From NCBI GenBank assembly GCA_964622715.1, contig CAZURR010000001.1, forward strand, positions 31,495-95,017: a DNA stretch of 63,523 nt. Reading direction: 5' to 3'. This document shows positions 19,791 to 28,737 of the stretch, piece after piece. The notes beneath the pieces were generated by a model. That model made no database searches. It was not told the origin of the DNA and was given only the letters and a program-made list of their open reading frames with translations. Every line of letters starts with the position of its first letter. Position 1 is the stretch's first letter. Position numbers and translations under genes: made by a program. Origin of the DNA: an uncultured Hyphomicrobium sp. Lineage in GTDB: Bacteria > Pseudomonadota > Alphaproteobacteria > Rhizobiales > Hyphomicrobiaceae.

Positions 19791-20435
19791 ATGGGCGAGC
19801 GCACCAACCCGACCGATCTTGAACTTGCTGCCCTCATTTCGAGCAAGATTTGCCATGACGTGATTGGCCCGGTCGGCGCCATATATAATGGCTTGGAGAT
19901 TCTCGACGAGGACGACGACACCGAAGCGAAAAACTACGCGCTCGAAGTTATTCGCAACGTGACCGAGCAGGCGTCTGCGCGGCTGCAATTTGCCCGCTTC
20001 GCATTTGGTGCGGCGGGTTCAGCTGGCGCCGTCATTGATCTGAATACCGCTGAACAGATCTCACGCGGATTCGTTGGCAATACCAAGCACCAACTTATCT
20101 GGCGCGCCAAACCCGGTAACATGGCCAAAGACAAGGTCAAGCTGCTGCTCAATCTCATCGCTAGCGCCATAAGTGCGTTGCCGCGTGGAGGCGAGATCGA
20201 CGTGCAGATGGATGGAACGATGGATGCGCCGAATTTCTTGATTCGCTGCCGCGGCGCCAATGCCCGGCCGCCGCAGCACCTCGTCGAATTCATCACCGGC
20301 GAGCAGGTGCCGCAACTCGATGCCATGTCCATCCAGGCCTACTACACGTGGCGACTGGCCGGCAGTGCGAACATGGGACTGGAGATCCTGAAAGACGGCG
20401 CCGACATCCTATTGTCTGCAAAACCCCAGAGCTAA
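19791..20435 (+). CDS. chpT: Histidine phosphotransferase
   Basis: LAALISSKICHDVIGPVGAI.NGLE, LQFARFAFGAAGS, ALPRGG. Confidence 0.92.
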   Translation: MGERTNPTDLELAALISSKICHDVIGPVGAIYNGLEILDEDDDTEAKNYALEVIRNVTEQASARLQFARFAFGAAGSAGAVIDLNTAEQISRGFVGNTKHQLIWRAKPGNMAKDKVKLLLNLIASAISALPRGGEIDVQMDGTMDAPNFLIRCRGANARPPQHLVEFITGEQVPQLDAMSIQAYYTWRLAGSANMGLEILKDGADILLSAKPQS

Positions 20436-20630
20436 CATGCCACTGTTCTACATTGCCGATTTCGTCGTGGTTCCGAACGCTGGATGCTTTAACGCAAATT
20501 CGATGCAAAGAGCCCGCCTATGTCATCGGCCGAACACGGACCCAACTAAGGGGCGTTTTGGGCAGGCGCCGGCCCATTCTCGCTTGAACCTCTGCGGCCA
20601 AATTGATTCTGAACCAAGAAGGCCCATCCC

Positions 20631-21254
20631 TTGCTTCGCGTCGAACACTTGCGAATTGGCGACCTGCCGCCGCTGACCTTTAAAGTTGCCGAAGGTGAGT
20701 GCCTTGCCGTCGAAGGGCCGTCTGGCTCGGGCAAGACCCGCCTCCTGCGCGCCATCGCCGACCTCGATCCGGTTCAGGGCCTCGTCTTTCTAGACGGCGC
20801 CGAGCGCAATGAGATGCCAGCTTCGGATTGGCGCCACAAAGTGCGCTACTGCTCGGCCGAGCCGTGCTGGTGGACGGAGACGGCACAAGCCACCTTCGAC
20901 GAAGGTGAAAAGCTGGATAAGGGGCGCCTTCACCGTCTACTTTCCGCACTGGGGGTTGCAAGCGATCTGCTCAATCGCCCCCTTTCCCTCGTCTCCACCG
21001 GAGAGCGTCAGCGTCTCGCATTCGCGCGAGCACTCATCGACGAGCCAAAGGTCCTACTCCTCGATGAGCCCACTGCCGCACTCGATCCACAAGCAACTGC
21101 CCTCGTCGAGGAGCTCATCAAATATCAATTGTTGTCGGGTCGCATTGTCCTGCTGGCAAGCCACAATCGCGCTCAAATCGAACGGCTTTCGCATGCAAGG
21201 CTGTTGTTGCCCAAGCGTCCCAATACTGGAACGAAGGTGGAGCACGCTGCATGA
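20631..21254 (+). CDS. ABC transporter ATP-binding subunit (FetA/YbbL-like)
   Basis: GPSGSGKT, STGERQR, LLLDEPT; TTG start. Confidence 0.88.
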   Translation: MLRVEHLRIGDLPPLTFKVAEGECLAVEGPSGSGKTRLLRAIADLDPVQGLVFLDGAERNEMPASDWRHKVRYCSAEPCWWTETAQATFDEGEKLDKGRLHRLLSALGVASDLLNRPLSLVSTGERQRLAFARALIDEPKVLLLDEPTAALDPQATALVEELIKYQLLSGRIVLLASHNRAQIERLSHARLLLPKRPNTGTKVEHAA

Positions 21255-22051
21255 ACTACGTCGCTCTGACACCGTCCGACCTGTTGCTCGCAGCGACTTT
21301 ACTCGTGATCAACGCCGCTATTTCCTGGGGATTCCGGCTGCAATTGGAAAAGAGCATCGCCATCGCGGTCGTACGCATGGTCGTGCAGCTCGCGTTAATC
21401 GGCCTCGTTCTGAAATTCATTTTCGCGCAAACCTCGCCAATTTGGACGATCATGCTGGGGCTTGTCATGGTCATCGCCGCCGGCATCGAGGTCATGACGC
21501 GCGAAACCCGCCCGGTCCGAGGCTGGCCCGCGTTCGGACTCAAGACCGCCACCCTCTTATTCATCGGCATGGCGGTCACAGGGCTCGGCGTCGGCATCAT
21601 CATAGGACCCGACCCTTGGTATGCGCCGCGCTACGTGCTGCCCATTTTGGGCATGGTGCTCGGCAATACGCTGACCGGCATGTGCCTCGTCCTTGATACA
21701 ATTACGGAGACGGCGAGCCGCGAGCGCGGGGCCATCGAGGCGCAGCTTGCGCTCGGCGCGCATCGCTTCAAGGCCATGGGCAGCGTACTGCGCGGCGCCA
21801 TGCGAACTGGAATGATCCCGATCCTAAACGCCATGGCGACCACCGGCATCGTTGCACTACCAGGCATGATGACGGGGCAAATTCTGGCCGGCGTCGATCC
21901 CGTGGAGGCGGCGAAGTATCAGGTCTTGATAATGTTCCTCATCGCGGGCGCAACCGCGCTCGGCGTGGTATGCGCCGGCGTTGGCGCGATCGTCCTATTG
22001 ACGGACGAACGCCACCGCCTGCGGCTTGACCGCATCGCGACAAAGAGTTGA
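21251..22051 (+). CDS. fetB: ABC permease, UPF0014 (FetB/YbbM-like)
   Basis: RMVVQL, PILGMVLGN, GIVALPGMMTGQILAG.DP.EAAKYQ. Confidence 0.85.
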   Translation: MNYVALTPSDLLLAATLLVINAAISWGFRLQLEKSIAIAVVRMVVQLALIGLVLKFIFAQTSPIWTIMLGLVMVIAAGIEVMTRETRPVRGWPAFGLKTATLLFIGMAVTGLGVGIIIGPDPWYAPRYVLPILGMVLGNTLTGMCLVLDTITETASRERGAIEAQLALGAHRFKAMGSVLRGAMRTGMIPILNAMATTGIVALPGMMTGQILAGVDPVEAAKYQVLIMFLIAGATALGVVCAGVGAIVLLTDERHRLRLDRIATKS

Positions 22052-22137
22052 TGGAAAATTTTGGCAGTGCGGGCTGATCCCTCAGCCCATCCTACTCATC
22101 GCACGGCGCGTCCACACGGACCCTGGCCTGCCCAACT

Positions 22138-23088
22138 TTAGTCAGCTTGCTTGAGCTTAGGCACCACCGGTCCCTGACTGGCCTCGCTTGCGGCGATGGC
22201 CGCGGCGGCCGCAGCCTTGGCAGCAGCGGCGGCCTGTTCGGCGGCCTTTGCCGCCCGTTCCGCAGCAGCAGCAGCTTGTGCTGCCGCGGCCCGCTCATTC
22301 GCTTTCGCGGCGGCCTTTTCTTTTTCTGCGTCCGTTGCCGCTTCGCTCATTTCGGCCGATGACTTGGCAACCTCTGCGGCGGCCGCCCTGGCGTCGGTGG
22401 GCAGAGCCCCAGTCTCAACAGCACTCGTCGAGGGCACTGCTGGCTTCGCCTGTGCGGCTTCTGTCTCGGGTGTTGAAGTTGCCTCAGCTGCTGCTGCTTC
22501 CCTTGCCGCGGTCTCGGCTTCCGCGACTGCAGCTTCGGCCGCCGCCTCAGCCTCCTCAGCGGCCTGCTCAGCTGTCATCGCGGCTTCTTCCTTGGCTGCA
22601 CCCTGGGCCGATTCCTGCTCCTCGTTCTGGGCAGCGTCCTGACCAGCGACAACCGGAACCGCTGTCTCCGGCGCTACTTTTGCCTTGCGCACCGGCGCCG
22701 GCGGCATTTCGAAATCGAGGTCAGCATCGTTGGCAAGGGCGTCGTTGTTCCCAGATGCGCTGCCGTCCGCGGCGGCATTTGTTTGGCCGTCACCCCAGCA
22801 GACATTCGCTTTGGCTGTGCAGGTGTACTCGTCGAAAAGTCCAACATCCAAGAATAGTTCACACGTCACCTGTTTCTTGCCCACTTTATAGTTGGTGATG
22901 CCCTTCTCATCCGCCCACTTCTTGACTTGCGTGTCGAGCAACGCTTTAGCGTCATTGGCCGGACCTTCTTTTCCGTAATCATTCACCAGGAAGCCAAAAC
23001 GCTTGCATGCCGCCTGCGCTGGAACAGCGTGTGCTGCAAACAGGCTCAAAGCGACGACGGCGACGGCACAGGGGCGGAATGGGCGCAT
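22138..23088 (-). CDS. Exported protein with an N-terminal 4-Cys domain and a long Ala/Glu-rich tail
   Basis: Signal peptide ending AQA; ACKRFGF...VTC...EYTCTAKANVCW; poly-Ala helical C-terminus. Confidence 0.8.
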   Translation of the reverse strand: MRPFRPCAVAVVALSLFAAHAVPAQAACKRFGFLVNDYGKEGPANDAKALLDTQVKKWADEKGITNYKVGKKQVTCELFLDVGLFDEYTCTAKANVCWGDGQTNAAADGSASGNNDALANDADLDFEMPPAPVRKAKVAPETAVPVVAGQDAAQNEEQESAQGAAKEEAAMTAEQAAEEAEAAAEAAVAEAETAAREAAAAEATSTPETEAAQAKPAVPSTSAVETGALPTDARAAAAEVAKSSAEMSEAATDAEKEKAAAKANERAAAAQAAAAAERAAKAAEQAAAAAKAAAAAAIAASEASQGPVVPKLKQAD

Positions 23089-23227
23089 CAGTGCACTCCA
23101 GTTGGCCAGGGCATTGAAACCAGGATGGCAAAGCTATAGCGAGGACACCAGTCCATGCCTAGAGCCCGACCCACAAAGGTGTGAACCGGGCATTTTTGTG
23201 ACTCTGGATGATCTTTGCGTCCCGCAC

Positions 23228-23533
23228 CTAGTTCATATAGGGCGAATCCCCGCCATTTTGGCCGATACCGGAATCGAACCAAAAGCCGCTGTCAAAGGGG
23301 CCGGCCGGGGTCTGCTTGTCGAGTTGAGGATCAATAAAGCCCGCATACTGGCAAAGGTAGCGCTCATCGGGATCCGGCAAGTTATAGCAGTGGTCAGGGC
23401 TCCACTGATGCACATGGCCCTTCACGCGTGGGCCCGACTTGGCGTGTACGCCGTCACCGGCATTGGCCGGAGTTACAGGGGCTAGCACCACTGCCGCACC
23501 CAGTAGAAGCGCATATATAATTAGACTTCTCAT
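23228..23533 (-). CDS. Small exported hypothetical protein
   Basis: Signal peptide ending ANA; two Cys; C-terminal GPFDSGFWFDSG. Confidence 0.75.
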   Translation of the reverse strand: MRSLIIYALLLGAAVVLAPVTPANAGDGVHAKSGPRVKGHVHQWSPDHCYNLPDPDERYLCQYAGFIDPQLDKQTPAGPFDSGFWFDSGIGQNGGDSPYMN

Positions 23534-23809
23534 GATCCACCCAATGTTTTGAACTTTTGCCCTCTGGTACGAATGCCCTGTTTACCGGAAGAAAACCCCA
23601 AAAACCCATAAAACCGCCGCCGGCAGTACGTTTTGGTCCGCACTTGTCGCCCGGCGAACACGCCTCCGAGCGGGACGTGCCCAAAATCGCGTCTAACACC
23701 CTGGGAGCACTCCATTCGTTTAAAAGCGCTATCCCTACCGCCGGCCGGATGTTCTGATCCGGATTGTTCCTCCAAGTTGGCCTTCAAACGTTAAAATTGG
23801 AGAAAGATC

Positions 23810-24106
23810 TTGGACTACGTAACGCTTGCTTGCCAGCTCCTCGGCGGGGTCTTTGGCGCACTACTGTCAGGCGCTCTATTTGGTCGCCTGAGCCTCGGCG
23901 CACTCGGTAATACCATTGTCGGCTGTGTCGGCGGACCGCTCGGCGGGCTAATCCTGACCGGTTACCTAACCCTAGCCCCGGCCGGCCTTCCCGACGGCTC
24001 CATCGCTGAACTGCCCGCCGCGCTCAGCCAAGTTGCGAGCGGAGCGGCCGGCGGAGTGGTCCTCGTGTTCCTCGTTGGGTTACTCAAAGGCCTAGTCCGG
24101 GATTAG
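23810..24106 (+). CDS. Small Gly-rich membrane protein (GlsB/YeaQ-like)
   Basis: GGAG RBS, TTG start; SLGALGNTIVG.VGG.LGG; three TM segments. Confidence 0.7.
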   Translation: MDYVTLACQLLGGVFGALLSGALFGRLSLGALGNTIVGCVGGPLGGLILTGYLTLAPAGLPDGSIAELPAALSQVASGAAGGVVLVFLVGLLKGLVRD

Positions 24107-24138
24107 GCGCACAATGCGCCCGCACCGAACCCGCCGAC

Positions 24139-24447
24139 TCACGACGTCTTGCAAATCGTCGTGACGCCCTTGCAATTGTAACCCATGCCACCTTTGGCGC
24201 AGCTGTAGCGCGGCGGGGCGACCTTATAGCCAGGCGTCGTGCCCGAACTCATCCATGCTGCCCAAACACCCCAATCGAATGACTGGAGCAGTGCTTCATA
24301 GACCTGAAATTTCGCACCCTTCAGCGTCCCGGCGGTTCCCGAGGCTGCTTTTTTGAAGCACTTGCCCGCCTCGGCTGGTTCAGAAACCCCAAACGAAAGC
24401 ACGGCGGCAGAGGCCGCGACCATGGCTAACCGGCTGATCTTTATCAT
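24139..24447 (-). CDS. Small exported 4-Cys protein, paralogue of 14763..15059
   Basis: Signal peptide ending AEA; AKFQVYE..LQ; RYSC-x8-C-x6-CK. Confidence 0.85.
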   Translation of the reverse strand: MIKISRLAMVAASAAVLSFGVSEPAEAGKCFKKAASGTAGTLKGAKFQVYEALLQSFDWGVWAAWMSSGTTPGYKVAPPRYSCAKGGMGYNCKGVTTICKTS

Positions 24448-24603
24448 CAGGATTCTCCCACAAGTCCTCAGTCAGAACGTTCGGCTCAGGAACTTGCCTC
24501 AGATCGGCGCGGCTGCCCATTGGCGACGGAGTGGGAGGCAAAAAAAGCTGGGTATGAGTGGCTGGTGGGTGACGCCGCTGCGCCGCAAATAGCGCGGCGG
24601 CGG

Positions 24604-24822
24604 TTAACTGGCCACCGCTTCAAGATTGATCGCTTTGGGGCCCTTGCCGCGCTTGTCGGGCTGCGTCTCGAATGTAACCCGCATGCCCTGATCGAGAACT
24701 GCGATTCCCGAACGCTCCACCGCGGTCACGTGCACAAAAAGATCCGTGTCACCCTCGTCGGGTATGATGAAACCGTAGCCCTTTTTAGAACTGTAAAATT
24801 TGACCGTGCCACTCTGGCGCAT
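24604..24822 (-). CDS. csp: Cold-shock protein
   Basis: GTVKFY...KGYGFI (RNP1), DLFVH (RNP2), KGPKA.NL. Confidence 0.93.
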   Translation of the reverse strand: MRQSGTVKFYSSKKGYGFIIPDEGDTDLFVHVTAVERSGIAVLDQGMRVTFETQPDKRGKGPKAINLEAVAS

Positions 24823-24883
24823 CAGGAGACCTCCCTAGCGGTGAACACTATCTACGGCGCGGTTCGCAGCGCGCCGCCTGCTA

Positions 24884-25456
24884 CTAAAACCTCTCACCCG
24901 CCTCGGTTAGGGCGGCGCGGCAAGCCGGCGCCAACCTGGGGCCGTGCACCTTCAAGCAAAAGATCGCGTTGCCGCGCCCAAGCGGCACATTCGGGCAGAA
25001 TAACCGGAAATCGTTCGCGCAGGCTCGAGCGGCGATGCGCAGTTCGTGAATGAAGGGCAAGGCTGGCCGGCTAGCGCCCCCGAAGGTGTCGGCTGCCGTC
25101 GCGGGTGCCGTCTTGCTCTCAGCGGTACCGGCGGTCTTGGGCGCCTTATCGGCCGGTTTTTCTTTGGCAGCTGGGGCGCCTGTTGCCAGTGTTGACGTTG
25201 CTGACTTGGAACCGCCCTCGACCGCTTTCACGGCCGACTGGCAGGCTGGCGACAAGCTCGATTGATGCTGCTCAAGGCAGACCAACGCGGCCATGCCGCC
25301 AGTCGGCACACTGGAGCAGTGGGCCCGGTAGTCACTGACACAGTTGGATCGGATAGCGTGCTTTTGGGCGGCGGTGGGTATCTCGGTCGCCTGCAACGCC
25401 ACAGGAATGATCGTGATGCCGAATACCAGCGAGCCTAACCACGGGAAGCGGGCCAT
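24884..25456 (-). CDS. Exported protein with two cysteine-rich repeats
   Basis: GGAGG RBS; two C..D[YF]R..C..VP.G.....CL......L.PAC units joined by an Ala/Thr/Lys linker. Confidence 0.82.
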   Translation of the reverse strand: MARFPWLGSLVFGITIIPVALQATEIPTAAQKHAIRSNCVSDYRAHCSSVPTGGMAALVCLEQHQSSLSPACQSAVKAVEGGSKSATSTLATGAPAAKEKPADKAPKTAGTAESKTAPATAADTFGGASRPALPFIHELRIAARACANDFRLFCPNVPLGRGNAIFCLKVHGPRLAPACRAALTEAGERF

Positions 25457-25581
25457 GCAAACCTCCAACACTTATAATGTCGATGCTTCGTTGCTAACAC
25501 GAAGCTTGTTGGAGCACTATGAACCTTTCGCCTAACGCGTTGTTGTCGGCGACCCAGTTTTTGCTCGCCCGACTTGGCACC

Positions 25582-25938
25582 TCACGGCTTGCGCAACGAC
25601 AGAATGTAAGCTGCAAGATCGGCAATTTCGTCGCGAGTCAGGTGCATCTGCGGCATCGGTGGATGCGGAATAACGATGCGGCCCGCAATTGCTTCGGCAG
25701 TCTGTCCCGACTTGTTGGCAATCGCAACGAAGCTTGGCACATCGGCTGACACGTTTGCGCTCGCGGCTTGCCGTCCGACGATGTGACAGGAGATACAAAG
25801 CTTCTCGGCAAGTTCTTGCCCGGTCTTCGGGTTGGGGCCGATTTGTGCAATTGCCATTCGCCCTGTCAGAGCAACGCTCGCAATGACGATCCCTGCAAGC
25901 AGAATTCCCCAGTACACTTCAGTTGCTCGCCTCATCAT
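25582..25938 (-). CDS. Monoheme class I cytochrome c
   Basis: Signal/TM segment, CISCH heme motif, PSF..IAN, HPPMP axial Met, L.AYI.SLR. Confidence 0.88.
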   Translation of the reverse strand: MMRRATEVYWGILLAGIVIASVALTGRMAIAQIGPNPKTGQELAEKLCISCHIVGRQAASANVSADVPSFVAIANKSGQTAEAIAGRIVIPHPPMPQMHLTRDEIADLAAYILSLRKP

Positions 25939-26016
25939 TCCCCGTAATCCTGTTTCACTACTGAACTTCAAACTCATCACCTTACTTACTCTAGCGCGCC
26001 TCGAACCGCACGAAGA

Positions 26017-26030
26017 TTGATCGTGATCAA
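26017..26030. promoter_or_regulatory. FNR/FixK-type binding site
   Basis: Perfect TTGAT-cgtg-ATCAA, 23 nt from a TAGAGT -10-like hexamer on the minus strand, upstream of the cytochrome c. Confidence 0.85.
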
Positions 26031-26061
26031 TCACTGCCACCAAAGCCGTAGGCGAGCACCC

Positions 26062-26523
26062 TCACCCTTTCTTCTCCCACTTTCCCGCCGCACTCTGCTG
26101 CCAATACGTGACCGGACAACCCGCCTCCTTAGCCGCTGTCCACTGCGCACGCGCCTTCGCCACCGCCTCATCGTCGTTGCCGTCGAAGAGATAAACCAGC
26201 CGCACCAAACCGGAGAAGTCATTCACCTCCGCGCCGTCGACGACAAAGCGCACACCCGCACCGTTCGGCGTATCGTCAGCGGTGGTCAGATATACCGGCT
26301 GATCGGCCGCGTGTCCGTCCTTGGCCGAGCCGTGTGCAAGGAAGCTTTCTTCCTTGTAAGTCCATAGCGCAAGATCCATCGCCGACAGACGCTCCTCTGA
26401 GCCTGCCTGCACAACAGCGCGCCACCCCCGCTCCAACGTCTTCTCGACAAGGCTCGGCAGCACCTTCTCAAGCCCCTGGTGTTCCAAGTGATAAAAGAGG
26501 ACTTCGGTCGGTTGTTCCGCCAT
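26062..26523 (-). CDS. holC: DNA polymerase III chi subunit
   Basis: EVLFYHL, LP.LVEKTLERGWR, LWTY..ESFLAHG, AR.QW, YWQQ...GKWEK. Confidence 0.92.
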   Translation of the reverse strand: MAEQPTEVLFYHLEHQGLEKVLPSLVEKTLERGWRAVVQAGSEERLSAMDLALWTYKEESFLAHGSAKDGHAADQPVYLTTADDTPNGAGVRFVVDGAEVNDFSGLVRLVYLFDGNDDEAVAKARAQWTAAKEAGCPVTYWQQSAAGKWEKKG

Positions 26524-26643
26524 CCGATTACCTTCTCTTTGCACGATGCAAGCTTAGCTCCTTGACGAGCCGCGCTCAAAAAACTCTTGCATCGTTGAGA
26601 AGCGCAACCTAGTTGTTGAGGTCCGGAAAGGCGCCAGACGTGC

Positions 26644-26720
26644 GGCTGTCATCCGTGTGGGCGGTGAGCAGAGCGGCATCTTCGGGTTCGCCGCTGCTCC
26701 CGTCCGCTGCATATTCAGCC
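26644..26720 (+). ncRNA. Candidate structured ncRNA (long UUCG-capped hairpin)
   Basis: Nested pairs ggctg/cagcc, gggcgg/ccgtcc, gagca/tgctc, gcggc/gccgc, atc-TTCG-ggt in the holC upstream gap. Confidence 0.4.
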
Positions 26721-26745
26721 TCTAATGGATATTCGTCCGAGAAAG

Positions 26746-27054
26746 TCAGCGCTTGAGGTATCTTTTCGGTATCAAGCGCGCTCGCCTCAGAGCGTCGACG
26801 CAGCGCCTTGATAGCGACCGGCGCTTGGCCTCCATACAGCGGCGCAACTTTGGCGTGCCCACGGAGTAGGCCGCGCAGAACTTATAGTAGTCCGGCTTCC
26901 AGGAACTATTGACGTAAGCAGGATAGGCGCCAGCCTGCGAGCGCATCGCGACGAGCATTACCATTGCTATTGCTGCGGCGCACGCGCCTGGAGCCCACAA
27001 GTTCGGGCGCTTCCGGTCCCGCGGCAACGCGAGCACCCAATTTCGATCATGCAT
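26746..27054 (-). CDS. Small exported basic protein with one cysteine-rich repeat
   Basis: Hydrophobic segment ending AGA; W.PDYYKFC....VG...LRRCM......LS.RC..AL; start uncertain. Confidence 0.7.
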   Translation of the reverse strand: MHDRNWVLALPRDRKRPNLWAPGACAAAIAMVMLVAMRSQAGAYPAYVNSSWKPDYYKFCAAYSVGTPKLRRCMEAKRRSLSRRCVDALRRARLIPKRYLKR

Positions 27055-27265
27055 TCGTTGAGCCCCCCGAACATTCCGCCGGCCAGCGGCACTGCTCCCC
27101 AGCGGCTGCACGAGTCGTAGCGTACTCTGACGAAGGCGCCCCTACCAGCCTCTGCGCACCACACTCGCTATCAAAATTGATCAAACGCACCCTAAGATTG
27201 AGAGCGTTCTTGATGGGCCAGCTCACCAACTTCGGGAGGCCTCGGGCAGAAACTTGAAGCAGGCG

Positions 27266-28642
27266 CTAGCGCTTTGCGTAAGGGTTTTCGCCTTTGCGAA
27301 GATTGAAGCGGATCGGCACGCCCGGCAGATCAAATGCCTCACGCAGACTATTGGTGAGATAACGAATGTAGGACTTAGGCAGCCCGTCTGGCCGTGAGCA
27401 AAACGCAACAAAGGTTGGTGGACGCGCTGACGGCTGCGTCATGTAACGGAGCTTGATACGCCGCCCAGCAGCGGCCGGCGGTGCATGCCGAGCCAGCGCC
27501 TCTTCGAGCCAGCGGTTGAGGTTTGACGTCGGCACGCGGCGATTCCAGACATTATAGGCTTCCAGCACTTCCTCCATCAATCGGTTGAGCCCGCGACCGC
27601 TCAATGCTGAAATGGTCACCAAGGCCACGCCCGGCACTTGCGACAGACCCTCCGACAAGGTTGCACGAAGCTCTTTCATCGTCCTCTGCTTGTCTTCGAC
27701 CAAATCCCATTTGTTGACGGCGATGACGAGCGCGCGCCCTTCCTGCGTGACGAGATCGCCAATCGTCATGTCCTGACGCTCGAGCGGCCGCTCCGCATCA
27801 ACAATCAGCACAACCACTTCGGCAAAGCGAAGCGCGCGAATGGCGTCACTAGCGCCGAGCTTCTCTGCCGTCTCCTTCACCTTGGCTTTGCGCCGCAAAC
27901 CGGCCGTATCGTAGAGCCGCACGCGGCGACCCGACCACTCCAGGTCGCTCGGCACCGCATCACGTGTGAGCCCTGGCTCGGGCCCGGTAATCATCCGTTC
28001 CTCACCGAGCAGCGCATTGACGAGCGTCGACTTGCCTGCATTTGGCCGCCCCACGATGGCAACGCGAACGGGACGATCGATGTCGAGTTCCAGTTTCGCG
28101 TCGGATCCCGCTACGCGATCCTGCTCAATTGCGCCGGCGTGCAGACCAAGCGCCGACATCATTTCGGAAACGAGTTCGCCCAGCCCTTCGCCATGCTCGG
28201 CCGAGATGGCGACAGGGTCACCGAAACCCAACTCGAACGCGGCATAAAACCCATCCTCGCCCGCGCGACCCTCGCATTTGTTGGCAACGATGATGACGGG
28301 ACGCCCCGATGCCCGGACCATGCGCGCAAAGATTTGGTCGGCAGGCGTCACGCCTTCACGCGCGTCGATCACAAACAGCACGAGATCAGCTTCCTTGAGC
28401 GCCGCCTCGCTTTGCTGGCGCATGCGCTGCGCAATGGAGCCGCGTTTTGCCTCTTCAAGACCGGCCGTGTCGACCAGCGTCACCGAATTGTCGAGCAACA
28501 CGGCTTCGCCCTCGCGCCGATCGCGCGTCAGACCAGGCATATCGGAGACTAGCGCGGTGCGCTTTCCGGTGAGGCGATTAAACAGCGTCGACTTGCCGAC
28601 GTTGGGCCGGCCGACAATGACGACCACAGGGCTTGAGAACAT
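27266..28642 (-). CDS. der: Ribosome biogenesis GTPase Der/EngA
   Basis: Two G domains (GRPNVGKS, GRPNAGKS; DTAG; NKxE/NKWD) and a KH-like C-terminus. Confidence 0.97.
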   Translation of the reverse strand: MFSSPVVVIVGRPNVGKSTLFNRLTGKRTALVSDMPGLTRDRREGEAVLLDNSVTLVDTAGLEEAKRGSIAQRMRQQSEAALKEADLVLFVIDAREGVTPADQIFARMVRASGRPVIIVANKCEGRAGEDGFYAAFELGFGDPVAISAEHGEGLGELVSEMMSALGLHAGAIEQDRVAGSDAKLELDIDRPVRVAIVGRPNAGKSTLVNALLGEERMITGPEPGLTRDAVPSDLEWSGRRVRLYDTAGLRRKAKVKETAEKLGASDAIRALRFAEVVVLIVDAERPLERQDMTIGDLVTQEGRALVIAVNKWDLVEDKQRTMKELRATLSEGLSQVPGVALVTISALSGRGLNRLMEEVLEAYNVWNRRVPTSNLNRWLEEALARHAPPAAAGRRIKLRYMTQPSARPPTFVAFCSRPDGLPKSYIRYLTNSLREAFDLPGVPIRFNLRKGENPYAKR

Positions 28643-28737
28643 GGGGATTGGTCCTGGCTTGAGGACCGCTTATGCCTCAAACCGGTAGACGGAGGAAAGC
28701 CCTGCGCACTCGGGAGCGGCAAACAGGCACAAGAAGC

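Noticed and set aside
26617-26640. gaggtccggaaagg resembling SRP (4.5S) RNA domain IV
   Set aside because: The required GGAAGGAAGCAGC context and symmetric stem are absent
27177-27190. TTGATCAAACGCAC as a FixK-type box
   Set aside because: The second half is degenerate and no supporting -10 at the matching spacing was found
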